NCBI GenBank assembly: GCA_010405405.1
Contig: MU004231.1
Location: 1,309,784 to 1,373,783, forward strand
DNA: 64,000 nt
Source: Microthyrium microscopicum
Lineage: Eukaryota
Direction of reading: 5' to 3'
Positions 26,364 to 38,914 of the stretch are shown here, one piece after another. The translations under genes were made by a program, and so were the position numbers. The stretch's first letter is position 1, and each line of letters starts with the position of its first letter. The notes under the pieces were generated by a model, which was not told the DNA's origin, ran no database searches, and worked only from the letters and a program-made list of their open reading frames with translations.

Positions 26364-27053
26364 CTACAACTTTCCTTCTGGAGCGGCAGCTCCGGCGTCA
26401 CCAGAGGCAGGTGCTGGAGATGTTGCTGGAGCAGCTGGTGCAGGAGCCGATGGGTGAGTAGGAGGGAGGTGGTTGAGGATATCGTCAACAGTTGGTGGGA
26501 TCTCAAGCACAGCAGTGTCTAGAAGAACACCTGGAGACTGGCGCTTCTCGGGAGCTGGCGATGATGGGCCGGGCGCAGATTCACCAGTAAGCTCGCCAAC
26601 AAGATCAGTAACCTCAGACAAGTCGAGGCCTGGGAGCCCACCACGTTTCTGAGCAGGGATGGGTGCCGATGGTTTGGGTGCAAGTCCTCCAGTAAGCTCG
26701 CCAACGAGATCGGTGACCTCGGATAAGTCAAGCTCGGGGAGCTCGCCGCGCTTGACAGGAGCGGCTGGTGCTGCCGGTGGGTGGACAGCAAGGTGGTTCT
26801 CTAGGTCATCGAGAATGGGAGCGACTTCGAGGGTTGCAGTGTCGAGGATGACGCCTGGTGATTGGCGTTTGCCCAAGAGGTGGTTTTCGACGTCGTCAAG
26901 AACTGGTGGGACTTCGAGGACGAGAGTGTCCACAACTAATGGGAGATCGAGAGGGTCGGCTGGAGGACCTGCTGGTGGTGCAGCGGTAGGAGCCTCCTGA
27001 GGAGTTGGCAGTGCGGAGACAGCCGCTATGAGGGCGAAGATTGCGTAACGCAT
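26364..27053 (-). CDS. Secreted Kex2-processed repeat protein (KEP), peptide precursor
   Basis: Signal peptide MRYAIFALIAAVSA; four KR sites separating five repeats of two types. Confidence 0.88.
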   Translation of the reverse strand: MRYAIFALIAAVSALPTPQEAPTAAPPAGPPADPLDLPLVVDTLVLEVPPVLDDVENHLLGKRQSPGVILDTATLEVAPILDDLENHLAVHPPAAPAAPVKRGELPELDLSEVTDLVGELTGGLAPKPSAPIPAQKRGGLPGLDLSEVTDLVGELTGESAPGPSSPAPEKRQSPGVLLDTAVLEIPPTVDDILNHLPPTHPSAPAPAAPATSPAPASGDAGAAAPEGKL

Positions 27054-27888
27054 TTTGATATCGTGCTTTGAATAAAAGAATGTGTGAAGTTGGTTGACAA
27101 ACGAATGACTGGAAGCAATGAAGCAGAAAGAAGCGAGAATTGGATATCTGATGGAGGTTGAAGAGGGGAGATGATTTGCCTGAAGACGATCTTCTAGATA
27201 TATGCCTTTCAGAGGCCCCTAATCCAAATATCTTATCATATTCATCACTCATGGGAAAAGACGGGAGCCTCAGGTCGCCCTGGAAGCCTTCTTGAAGCCA
27301 GAAATGGCTATCACCGTTAAACACTGATGTCTTGGTGGAGCATGCTCTGAATCAACCGCTGTTAGCATCATCTGAATGAAGAGAGTAGCAATGTTGATTA
27401 CCGTTTCGAGATGTCTTCTCCTATGCCTTGTTGAAGATCGGATCGTCGTGGCGTTCTCTGGCGGGCGTTTTCTGACAAGGCGGATCTGATCGACAGGATT
27501 GACGTGCCGATCTCAACCAAAACAACAAGCTTTTTAAGTGTAATTTCCAAGACTGTGGAAAATAAACACTGGCGCACCTGCGGCTCAAGTAAAAAGGCGT
27601 TTCAAAGGAACAATTAGTTCCAACTCTATAATATGACAGCCAATGGATCTCATATCTGGGAAAATTCGTTGCGGCATAGTGTCAGATCATGCTCAGACTT
27701 GACTTCTCAGGCCCGTAGCGGGAGCATGTGAGTCGCCAATCGAGATTAAATTCTGTCCTGAGGTTGTGGGCTTCACAGATATGCAGAACTTTCAAGGCGA
27801 CTGCAAATCATTAGGAGTTTGACTTTGGGTATTATTATGTGCAGCGTGTTGGGCAGTCTCTATATCAACAATACTCTAGTTTAGACCG

Positions 27889-30221
27889 CTATAGAAGATC
27901 AATATCACCATACTTTTGAGAAAACATTCCCAGCGCTTTCATCGGAAAGATGAACTTGTAGTTGGGATACGAAATCATACTAAATCACGCACGTCAGCCG
28001 TCATCGAAGTTACGAAAGCACAAACAGTACTTACCAGCTCTTGTTGAACACCCCTTCAATAGCCTCTTGTAACCACTCTCCGTTCTTCTGCTGCCGCTCC
28101 ATAATCATCTTCAATGCCTTCTTGATCGGCGCCACGTCGGGATACCCAGCCTCTATCAATCCAATCACCACCCATGCAGTCTGCACCACTTGACTCTTCT
28201 CATGAGGTGTATACACGCCCGTCTCACAGCTACGATAACTCTCACCCCACCCACCGTCCTCCATCTGTCGGTCGATGAAGAATTGGCAACCTCGTCGAGC
28301 ACGCTCGCTGTTCTCGTAGGTCTCGCCAATCAATCGCAGAGACTCCAGCGCAAACATGCCTGCGTATGTGAAACAGATGCCCCAGCTACCGTACCAGCTA
28401 CCGTCCGGCCGTTGCGCTTTGCGAATATAATCCACACAGCCTTTGAGGAATGCCTCGATATCGGCGGTGCGGTAATCGGGATAGTGTGCTTGGAAGATCT
28501 TGAGGGCTGTGACGCATGCTGTTGTGCATTCGGGGTAGTCATATTCGACCATAATACGTCCGAACACCTCGGCTGCGTTCAGGTACTCCATGTACTCAGA
28601 GCCACGCGTAGGTTCGTAAGAAGCGCAACCACCGCTAGAGTTTTGATATGTGAGGATAATGTCAATGGCGAGTTTGATGCGGTCGTCCGGGATGAGCTTG
28701 GGGTACCCAGGAATGGCTTGTAGCAAAATGACTGATTTGACTGCTTCAGCTGTGCAATCGCTGACGGCGTAGCCTTGGTCTTTGTTGCTGAAACCCCAAG
28801 CTCCTTTTGTTGGATGACGGTAGCACTTTTCTTGCTCAACGCGGTTTTCTAGCGTCTGTTGAGATTCAAGATATTCGAGAGCTTTGAGAAGCATTGGCTT
28901 CCATTTGGGACTTTCTGCCAATCCAGCTTCCATCACGGCCTGGATCAAAAATGCTGTATCCCAGTTCTGAACTCCGTTCGTACCATTCATCAGCATACCC
29001 TCATCCTTGACCCACAAAAAGTCCTCCATGCGCTCGCGATGACGGTGGACTGAGTATGCACTTGGCCCTTCTTGGATATAACAGGCCAGAAGGTTCATAG
29101 GGCCATTGACTGGGCCAAGATTTGCAAAGTCTGTGTTCTGATCTTCCCATTTGATGAGCTGCCAGGTCCAAGCTTCAGCAGAATCAGCGATTGACTTCGT
29201 TCTCAGATATGGATTGTAAATGTTGACCAAGAGCCAGTTGAGAGAGTTAAGTACCCAAGTTTTGGGATGGTAGTTGTCACGGGGTGAAATGCTGTTTCTA
29301 TGGTATGCAAAGTCGATCTTCTCATAGTCCTCCGTAAACAACTCTTTTCTCAGCTCCTTGATCAGAGTCGTTTCTGGATATGTCCACTTCTTTGACCAGA
29401 TGAAGGACATGGGTAAAAATACTTGACGCATGTGTATCCACCATCTCCACGGAGCTATAGGAACCCAATCGGGGAGAAGCCATAGCTCAGGAGGAGTTGG
29501 GTTTGCAACCTCCCACTTGGTAACACCAAGAACAGAAAGCCAGAATTTTGTCCAGTGTGGTCCACATACTGCTCCACCAAGCGAGTGTAGGACTCCTCTG
29601 GCTTTTATCATTCTTGGATCCTCCGCACTCACGCCCAGTATCCGAAGCGTTGTGTAGTTCATCGAAGTCCCGAATGCAGTACTTTCTCCTTCAATATGCA
29701 GCCCCCATCCCCCCTCTGCTTCTTGACGTGCGAAGAGGTAATTTATGATTTCGATAGAGTGTGCTTCGGGTATTGGTGTTTCTGTCACATACCAGGTAAT
29801 GACCAGACCAGGCAAAAGAAACATGGGACCACCGTATTCGCATCCCCAGTTGCCCGGGGGTAGTTGAAGTTTCGAGAAAAATTCAAGTCCATTGTCAATT
29901 GATTGGAGTGGAGTTTTGGCTGGGGCAAGGTCGGGGAGATTCTGTGTAATATTAGTATCGCGTAACGCAAGTAGTTACGGATGTTCATACAGTCGGCATG
30001 CCAAGATGATATTTGTCGGCAGTAGACTGTGGCCACTCTTTCTCTTCCTCGTCGGTCCTCAGGTAATGCCATGTTTGCCTGCCATCTTCATCGAGCAGGC
30101 GCCACTTGGAATAGTCGGTCTTGCGATCCTTGCCAATGCGCCCGTTCTGGATCTTGCGTTGCTTTGCCATTGGCGACGGGGTCGCGCCATTGGTCTTTTT
30201 CTCGGACCTTGTAGTGACCAT
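27889..30221 (-). CDS. ERG7: Lanosterol synthase (oxidosqualene cyclase), 3 exons
   Basis: [31 protein letters not shown] catalytic motif, [20 protein letters not shown] and MISYPNYKF. Confidence 0.96.
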
Positions 30222-31950
30222 TCCGAGTATTTTGGAGTTCCGGAGAGGTTCGATGAAGTAGAAAACCAGAGGTAGGTATCAATGGTCTTTAGCCGAGTCG
30301 AGTACATGGGAGATGTAGTTGAAGGATCTCATCCAAATAAGGCAGGAGCACCCGCAGACCCCTGCAACTTCTGCTCTCTTTCAGCCCCATGTAATTGACG
30401 AGCCATGGTTTGGGGTCCAAAACATCCAACTACACCTCATCATTCACAAACTATAAGTTTCGTATATACCATTCAGCTCATCAAAGTAGGCCACGGAGGG
30501 AAAGGTCAATTCTCAAGAGCCATTGACGAGAGACACAGTGCTGATCTGCAAGCATATACGGAGTAAGCACGGCGTACTTCAAAGTCTTCAACTGTCCTTA
30601 GCCACAGAGAAAGAGCTTGGTAACTGCCGACTGCCAAGTAGTGGCAGATATTCAAAAAGAAGTCGATCCCGCGACTCTTGTTTTCTTTCATTGTGTCATG
30701 CTTGTTCTTCTCTGGGATCTTGCAGAGCCGAGCAGTGGTTGGAATTTCGAAGGTTCAATCATTGGCTATTCCATGGACCAGCCATATGATCGATTTGATC
30801 GATGGGATAAAACCATGGAAAATAACATTTTGAACTTAGGGCACTCGAACGATGATTTTAATAGTTGGCATCGGTACTACACCAAGCTAGAGGAATATGA
30901 GAGTACGAGAGAAGGCTTCCATTCAGAGGTTTTGGACCGCCAAAATCGAGTCTAAAGTTGTTGATGTCATTATTCAGTCACTACATGGTAAGTATGTGCA
31001 GTAACCAAGTATGGCACCCCCATAGATTGAGAAGATTACTGATGTGCTGTCATCATCTTTCCATGGCTCCCAACAACACTTCTAACAATGAGTCCTACAT
31101 CTACCATCTCACCTGACAAGAGCGCAACAAATTAGCACCGTGTTCTGGGAAATAATGAAGCGTAGCAGATGGGAGTCATTGAAGCCAAGTTTGATGACGA
31201 TGATAAGTACGATGACAATGATACGTCAGATATATTATCTGGCAGCCAGCATTCATCAATTCAACGAGAGCGTATTGTTTGCCTTACTTGCCTGATGGGT
31301 TGGCTTTATTCCTCTAGTTCAGTCGCGCCATCATCTTCTTTTCTTCCCTATGAGGTGGAACACGCTAATCAATGCTTTGAGGTTGCTCAAGCGTTACTTA
31401 AGGTAGCTTGCTGGAGGAGTCACTCGACACACCTTGCAAATCTACACCTTACCAATTGGCACTCTCATTAATCAATGCCGAGCAGATTTACCATAGGGGT
31501 GCACTGGTACTTAAGCCGTCTTCCTGTCGACCTTTTTACGCAGTGAGCCTTCTCCCCAACTTTCTCCATCACCGCAACTTTCCACTATCATCACAACTTG
31601 CCACCGTCACGCTCTTCAACTGCCACAAATTACTTCATCGACAAAGTCTTCAATCGCTGCTTCAAAGCACACAATTACCAGGACCTCGAACTCGTATATA
31701 GTATCTCCCTTTCAGCAATATGGCAATCTCTGGGGACGAGGTACTGGTTCGCTCCGAAGAGACCGGTAAGATCTCCGATGCAAAATCTTCCGGGAGGCTT
31801 TTAAAGCGCCTTGTTGCAGGATCCTTATCGCCCATCCTTACATCTTTATTGCTCAAGTCAAGTCTTATTTGCTCTAACGTATAGTAGGTCAACTCGCCGT
31901 AATTGATTACGACTTCAGAGGACTACGAAACGGACAAACTGAGCCTCGAC

Positions 31951-33547
31951 CATTCGCGTATCGCCGGCCTCCATTCTTACGACAAACCCACCTATGAGGT
32001 CGTCGACGCAACAATGAACTGTTCATCGAGGACCTGCATGGTTCAATCCGGAAATCACAGAGCTCCAGCCTCTTGAGCCTGCCAACAAAATTTGTTACTA
32101 TGATTATCTCAATGGCCTCGATGAAGCAAAAATATGTATCGTCAGCCAGTCAAAAGGCTTGTCAAATTTGCCCTACTTATATACACACAAAGGCAATCTC
32201 TCAAGTCTGTTACGACTTCTGGCAGATCTCGCGTCGTTTTACGTTCTCCGCAATTCGACTGCGTCTTCTACAGTCACCCGAAGGGTCCATTGGTGTCCAC
32301 CAACTCTATGCAACCATTTTGGAGAGCCCAGATATTTGGCATCTTTGTCGGTCATTGCATTTGTATACTAAAGAGGCAATTATCTTGCCTACACGCCAGC
32401 CAGTAAACCTCAGCACCTTGATGGAAAGCCTCTTGAGTAAGGTTAAATGTTTTGCCATTGACGACAGCACTCGGCCCGCTCCTGGCCTTCCCATTCATTT
32501 CACCGACGTACTCACGAGACTTACTTCGAACCTTCCTGGGCTTACCCATTTCAGTTGTAACAAGGTTCACTTCACAAACATTATGTTTAGAGAAACCTTG
32601 CGTCCCATCAAGGCCTTAGAGTCTCTTCGTGTCTCGCAACCCCGGAGCTTGGATCTAACAACCCTGTTCTGGGAATGTAACACAGCATCTCTAAAGCATT
32701 TAGAGTTCTCACGTCTCGGTGATGACACGGTCCAAAAAAGCATCAACTCGCTTCGTCGCCGAAATTTGGCAGGTTCTCCCCGCTTATAGTCATATAATTT
32801 CTGACCAGAGCTAGAATCTTCCTCAAGTGAAAGTATTGCGTATGGATTGTGACCGCAAGCTCTTCAAAGAAGGCTTCGTGAACCAATTTCTGACTCCGCA
32901 GCTCCATACTTTGATCCTGAACCCCGCTGATGTCTTCGTGTTCGGTTTCAAGGATAGTGATGAGCTCAGCTTGACCGAGTTCATGACTGGAGTGGTGAAG
33001 AGCAACTCATTGTTGAAGACCATTGACCTCTCGAATGTCTTCCGGGATGGATTGTTACGAACGCGTAGTGGCTGGAAGCTCAGAGCTGGCTTTCTGCAGA
33101 AATATCGTGAGAATACTAAAGGCATGAAAAGCTTCGAGCTGACAGGTAACTCCGCTTTTGTTATATCAGTACAATTTCACACTAATGAACTTAGATCTTC
33201 GAGCTCCCCAAAACCCATACGAGCGATCGAAGAATATTGCTCGTGCCGGGCAGGATCTTGGCTTGGCGGCGATGGATCTCACGAAGCCTATGAACGACGC
33301 AACCTGGTTGGAGCTGAAAGTGGATTTGGTCCTTCTCTGGAACCTCGCGGACGACTGGTGCTGGGAAGAGGCCGTGACTGGCTATCTCATGCGCGACCCT
33401 AACTTGTGCGATTACTGGGAGATAGATATTGAAGACTGGGAGTTGGAAGCCGTTGGATATGGGTATGATGTATCGAATATGATCCACCTTCGAGGTTTGG
33501 ACTACCAAGCTGCGAGAGAGAGGTATATGGAGCGTAAATTTCATTAG
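31951..33547 (+). pseudogene. F-box/LRR-like paralog copy 1, probable pseudogene
   Basis: Homologous to copies 2 and 3 (RQTHL, SQSSSLLSLP, ISQVC, QNPY, LKVDLVLLW). In-frame TGA at 31995-31997 where the paralogs have Gly; no clean splice solution at about 32770-32814. Confidence 0.7.
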
Positions 33548-34498
33548 ACAAATGACTAGTACGCGAAGGTGTATCTTCTCACCTTGTTGGACCATGGCAA
33601 ATATTCGGTACTCAATGGAATAGGTAGTGTGTATATGAAGATCAGTTGGATGCCGTCCATGAGAGGTGGGTTACTTACATACGACGTAGATCAATAGTCA
33701 GGACTTGTTACGACAGCACTTCAGTACAGGTCATTAGGCAATCGAGACAATGCCCTTCATTAGCCGCACTCTGTGATAAATTCCTTCCTTTTATTCCGGC
33801 TGCGAGATATCGCACTATCCTTGGCAGGTGACATGCTAGCTGACACGACCTTTGAGGTTGCAAAGGCATGTGAGGTGACTGCTAGGCTGATTGACCACAA
33901 GTCACTCGATGAATTTCACTCTCAAGCGTGTGGTATAATCGTGTTGGTAGTAAAGGCGTCAACTTGCTTTGCCAAACTTTCCTATCACCCGTCTTCTTCA
34001 CTTTACAATCTCCCACCATCACAACTTTCCTTAGAACATCCTTTTGCTGAATATTGTTTCTATCATAGCGATTCTTTCTCATAACTGCATTTGCCCTGCA
34101 TCGCGAACCAGCCGTCAAAGGAGTATCCAACCGTGAAATTCGTCATTCAGCACATCCACGTAACCGTCACAGTTTTGAAAGCGCGCGTGGATTTCAAGAC
34201 TTGCATCACGGTAAACACCTACCGAAGTACCGAAGAACTCGCTTCGCAAATATGGTCTTCAGTACTTACTTGGTAAAGGACATTAGCGGTAAGTTGTCCG
34301 TACAGCGTACATTGGTCAGGCGGCCCACTAATGAAGAGGGTGCTCCCATAATACTATGTCTGCAGCTCATCGCAGCGTATCGTAAATAGTTACGTCTACT
34401 ACAAGGACTTTCTTAGCCCTCGTCACTGGCTAAGCACTCTATGGCTGCCGACCATTTCTTCCCTACGCTTGAAGTCCATTTTATGGTCATACTAACAG

Positions 34499-36244
34499 AT
34501 GTCAGGTCAGCTACAAATTGGACACAAAGACACCCGAGATATTTATCATATTTCCCGAACCCCAGATTATTTTAGGGAGCCGCGCATGATTTGCAAACCT
34601 ACCATGTACCCGTCCCAGCCAATTCTGCGGCAAACCCACCTTGGTTGGGATCGCCGCACCCATCGATTGGCGATCATTGATTTTCAAGGCGCGCCTCATG
34701 TCTCCCAGAGCTCTCATCTCCTGGAGCTGCCAAATGAGATCCTTCTAAACATTGTCTCACTTGCTGCTGTCCAGGAGCCCCATGTTTCAGCATACGACAC
34801 AGAATACGACAGTCCAATAGAAGAGCGATGGGATACTAGTCCAATTTGTGATAAGCATCCCAATACGCGGAACATATCTAAGGTCTGCTACCGGTTGTGG
34901 CAATGCTCTCGCATATTTACCTTCCGCACAATCAAGGTGTCCCTCGCGGCGCAGACTTGGAGTTCTTACTTGTATGTGCGTCCCTTCTATAGACGACTAC
35001 TAGAATACCCGGATCTATGGCGCTTCTGTCGTTCCCTTGTCATATCTGTGGACTTGGGGATAGGGGCCGGGGGGCAGACACTCCAAAATCCTGATATCAG
35101 CAGTATGTTGCGAGAACGGCTCAGCAATGTGAAGTGTCTGAGCTTCAAAGGTGAGGTCGATAGCAACGTACTCGCCGCCATAACCAGCCAAATGCCCAGC
35201 CTGCAGCATGTGAGCTGTGAAGAACCACCAGACTGTTGGGAAGGCGATATGACAGTTCCACGATACCAAGACTTTTTGAAGCCTATCAAGCAATTGAAAT
35301 GTCTTCGCGTCTCAGGCCCTGGGACTTCCAGCTTGAAACAAGATTCACTTCTATCGGAAGCTCACAAGCAAACGATTCAGCGTTTGGAGCTGCTTAGTCT
35401 AGGGGATCATGCCGATACCCAGACTATCTACTCGCATTATAAACCTACGGATGTTCCTCACTTGCGAGTTTGGCATATTGATTATTCTCACGAGCTGTTT
35501 GTTGATACTGATCGCTTCATCGAACAGTTTCTAGGCACACACACTCAAACTTTAATGCTGAATCTGACTAAAATCTTTCTGTTCGATTTTGACGAGACCG
35601 ACGAAGCGGATTTGATTTGCTTTCTGACACAAGCAGCTCAGTGTCGACCAGAATTCAAAACTCTGGAAATTTTTCACCCGTTTCGAGGTTCATATCTGTC
35701 CGAAGGAGGTGCACCCGTTCAGGATCGTGATGGGAAACTACGTTTTTGGATGGAAGAACACTCTGGTGATCAGCCCGATGATTTTGGCTTAGAAGGTATG
35801 CACTGGCTGCCACATAGTGGACATGAAAACAGCAAGGACTTTGAGCTAACAGGTATAGAATTGAAAAACTACCAGAACCCCTGGAAGCGGTTTGCTAATG
35901 TGGCTCGAGCTGGTGAGGCTCTTGGGCTAATTGTCAAATGCTCCTCATCAACCTTGGACGAAGAAAACTTTCTGAGGGCGAAACTCGACTTGGTCCTAAT
36001 GTGGGATCTGGGCCAAGGTTGGGACTGGAACAATTCGATCAGTAGCTACCTCACGGGTATTCCCGATGCGGAAGATCCCTGGTATTACCCGTTCGAAAAG
36101 GAGGACCTAGATAGGTTGGGGTGGGATTACCCCATAGACGCGGTGAAGCAGTCGAAGGTCAGATTAGAAGATTACGTCGAGGCGGTCAGAGAGTTCCCGA
36201 AGGAACAGGAGAACTTTAGCATCAATTCGCGATTTCTTCTTTAG
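34499..36244 (+). CDS. F-box/LRR-like paralog copy 2 (intact ORF; true start may be a later ATG)
   Basis: 581-aa ORF; F-box-like LLELPNEILLNIV and ISKVC; LxxLxL-like repeats. Confidence 0.82.
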   Translation: MSGQLQIGHKDTRDIYHISRTPDYFREPRMICKPTMYPSQPILRQTHLGWDRRTHRLAIIDFQGAPHVSQSSHLLELPNEILLNIVSLAAVQEPHVSAYDTEYDSPIEERWDTSPICDKHPNTRNISKVCYRLWQCSRIFTFRTIKVSLAAQTWSSYLYVRPFYRRLLEYPDLWRFCRSLVISVDLGIGAGGQTLQNPDISSMLRERLSNVKCLSFKGEVDSNVLAAITSQMPSLQHVSCEEPPDCWEGDMTVPRYQDFLKPIKQLKCLRVSGPGTSSLKQDSLLSEAHKQTIQRLELLSLGDHADTQTIYSHYKPTDVPHLRVWHIDYSHELFVDTDRFIEQFLGTHTQTLMLNLTKIFLFDFDETDEADLICFLTQAAQCRPEFKTLEIFHPFRGSYLSEGGAPVQDRDGKLRFWMEEHSGDQPDDFGLEGMHWLPHSGHENSKDFELTGIELKNYQNPWKRFANVARAGEALGLIVKCSSSTLDEENFLRAKLDLVLMWDLGQGWDWNNSISSYLTGIPDAEDPWYYPFEKEDLDRLGWDYPIDAVKQSKVRLEDYVEAVREFPKEQENFSINSRFLL

Positions 36245-36928
36245 ACGGTCTTGCTCCCAAAAACAGATATTTTCGGGATTGGCAAATGTATAAAGTGCCA
36301 GACATATAAATATCCAAGGTAGGCGGGTACCTCTGCATGAATAGAACAATATCAATACAATACCATCCACCAGTCAAGGGGTGCATAGAGAATACATGTA
36401 GGTACCTTACGCGGAAGGGTGGCTAGAAGACATGATCCTTAGGCAGTGGATTCAGTATTATTGCATGTGTATTAGGATCACAATATCACTTTCGTAATTC
36501 ACAATTTGTTGAGGAAAGTACTTTCCTGAATTCGAAGACATTCTTCCCGAGTGGACGCCCAGTATGTAGGGACATAAGGTCCAGTCTAAAGGAATCGAAC
36601 CTGCCACAACAAGCAGCTCAGAATGAGTTAGTTGAGTAATCCAAGTATTACTGTATTCGCAAGGGCCCATAGCAATTTTCGGAAATGGCAAAGCTTTTCT
36701 TTGTTGAGATTTGGTTGACAAACTCAGCTATGGTCAAATGCTCAATCGCTGAAGAGTTCAGATGGTGACTGGAAGTCTGCCGAGAAGCTTCCACAGCTCT
36801 CTACTGTTTCGCTGGTATTAAACTGCAGAGCGTCTATCCAAGTCCCCTTGATAAGTTTTCTGTGCCATCTTGTCCGCGAAGTTTTGACTTTCTTCATTAA
36901 TCTATCTCCACGAAAACCTTCCTGCAAG

Positions 36929-38914
36929 ATGGGAACCCTTCGCCCTACCTACTTGGCAGGCTATGGAATGAAACGTCAGCTATCGATCTTCCGTCGTCCA
37001 AGAAGAAAAGCGCCGACCAAATCCTATCGGTTTCAATGGCCGCCACTTCCAGCTCTTCAACAGGCCTACCTTGGAAGCGATAAGCAGCTGTTATCATTCA
37101 TTCGTCGTCGTCCAAAAAAGGCGCCATCTACATCTTATCCATTTCAATACCCGCCACTTCCAGTCCTCCGACAGACTCACCTGGGACGCGATGCGAACTA
37201 CAATATACTAATTACCGACCTTGGCGGTCTGATACGAGTCTCACAAAGCTCCAAGCTCCTCGCCTTGCCATCGGAGATTTTGCAAAAGATCGTTGAATGG
37301 GCTGCTATTAAAGAGTCCTGCATACGGTTAAGTGAGTCCACCGTGTTTCTTCAAATTATCATTCATTTAATACTAACGATTTCAGGAACCGGCTCAATCA
37401 TAGAGAAAGAGGACTGCTCCTGCGAAATATGTTACGCCTATGCAAACACCAAAACCCTCTCGCAAGTCTGTTTTCAATTCTGGCGATGTGCGCGAATCAT
37501 TGCCTTTCACACCGTGAGGATTGACATCCCAGTACTTACCTCTGAGATTGGCTCCGAATCTTACTATGATACAAAGGAGGATGGATTTGAGTTCGAACGA
37601 TTACATGAGAAACTACTGCGACTCTCATATATCTGGCGGTACTGTCGCTCCGTCTTTCTCAGCACCACAACTTATGGCCAGCATAAGGGTGGTCGTTCAC
37701 GACGGAATACGAGCTTAGAAAGAATTATCCGCAAAGCATTCCGAACAGTCAAGTGTCTCACTATCTGCAACATAACAAGAGGACGTCAGGGAATCTTCAC
37801 CAAGTTCGTTGCAATGGCCGCAGCAGAGATGCCTCGACTTTCTCACGTCAACTTCATGAACGGGGAAGCAGCCTTTACGGAGGCACAGCATGAATCAATT
37901 CTGGAGTCAGTCAAAAGTTTGCAATCTCTTCGTATTGCTCGGCGTGACACGGATTTTTGGGCCAGGGTAAGATTGCGTGGTGAATAAATATGATCTGATG
38001 GTGCAGTAGAACATTGTGGCCCTCACAACACTCTATGGCTACCCTGAAGCATGAGGGGATGTTGCGCTGAAGAGACCAAATGGTCTTTTCAGCGCCTCTC
38101 AGATGGCGAAACGCTCTTCCTTGATCATACACTAACATATTGGCAGACACTGCTGACTGGACATAATCTACAGTCACTTCAGCGATTAGAAGTCCGCCGT
38201 AGATATGGTGAAGCCATCGGGGAAGATGCCTACTCGCTGTTCAAGCCAAAAGATGTCCCTCAGCTAAGAGTTCTGCTCATTGAATACGAACGAGAGCTTA
38301 TGACGAACGCTCCATACTTCATAAGCCAATTCATAGGCCTGAACACCCATACATTGACCCTCAGCCTTGCCGAAACCTTTCTTTTCGACTTCGATGCCGA
38401 GGATGAAGCGCGGCTCATCACATTCATGGAAGAAGCAGTGCGCACTCGACCTGCTTTCAAGACTCTCGACTTATCCATGGCCTTCCAGGATAGCTTTTCG
38501 AAAGAAGGAACGCGGAGAACCGGCAAATTCCAGCTTGATGCTGGGACATGCAGTATGTTCCGCGTACACAGCCATCGAATGCAAGTGGATAATTTCAACC
38601 TTTCAGGTACGTGACTGCGATATCTCTCACCGCACTTGGTGTGAGGTGCGCCATTTTTGGAGCGGGAAGATAACTTTCGTGAAAAAATAGATCTCAAAGC
38701 TTTCCAAAATCCATGGACGCGTTTCGCCAACCTCGTTCAGGTCGGAAAAGAACTCGGAGTGACCGTCAAAACTCCCATCACCACATTGGACCATGCGTCT
38801 TTCCTGGATTTGAAGTTCGACTTGGCACTTCTATGGGATATTGGGGGTGACCAGTTGAGTTGGAGAGGCGATAAAGCGACCCAAATTGCGCGATGGTTGG
38901 GACAGACCTCGTGA
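36929..38914 (+). CDS. F-box/LRR-like paralog copy 3 (multi-exon; 3' part possibly disabled)
   Basis: LLALPSEILQKIV, LSQVC, FLFDFDAEDEA, QNPWTRFAN, LKFDLALLWD. In-frame TGAs at 38612 and about 38642 unless removed by an intron with a non-YAG acceptor. Confidence 0.65.

Noticed and set aside
25196..30221. Triterpene or RiPP biosynthetic cluster (SDR + KEP + oxidosqualene cyclase)
   Set aside because: The cyclase looks like housekeeping ERG7, and no P450, transferase, DUF3328 or transporter gene is nearby
30460..30466. TCGTATA Upc2-type sterol element upstream of ERG7
   Set aside because: A single 7-mer; Upc2 control of sterol genes is characteristic of Saccharomycotina yeasts, not established for this kind of fungus
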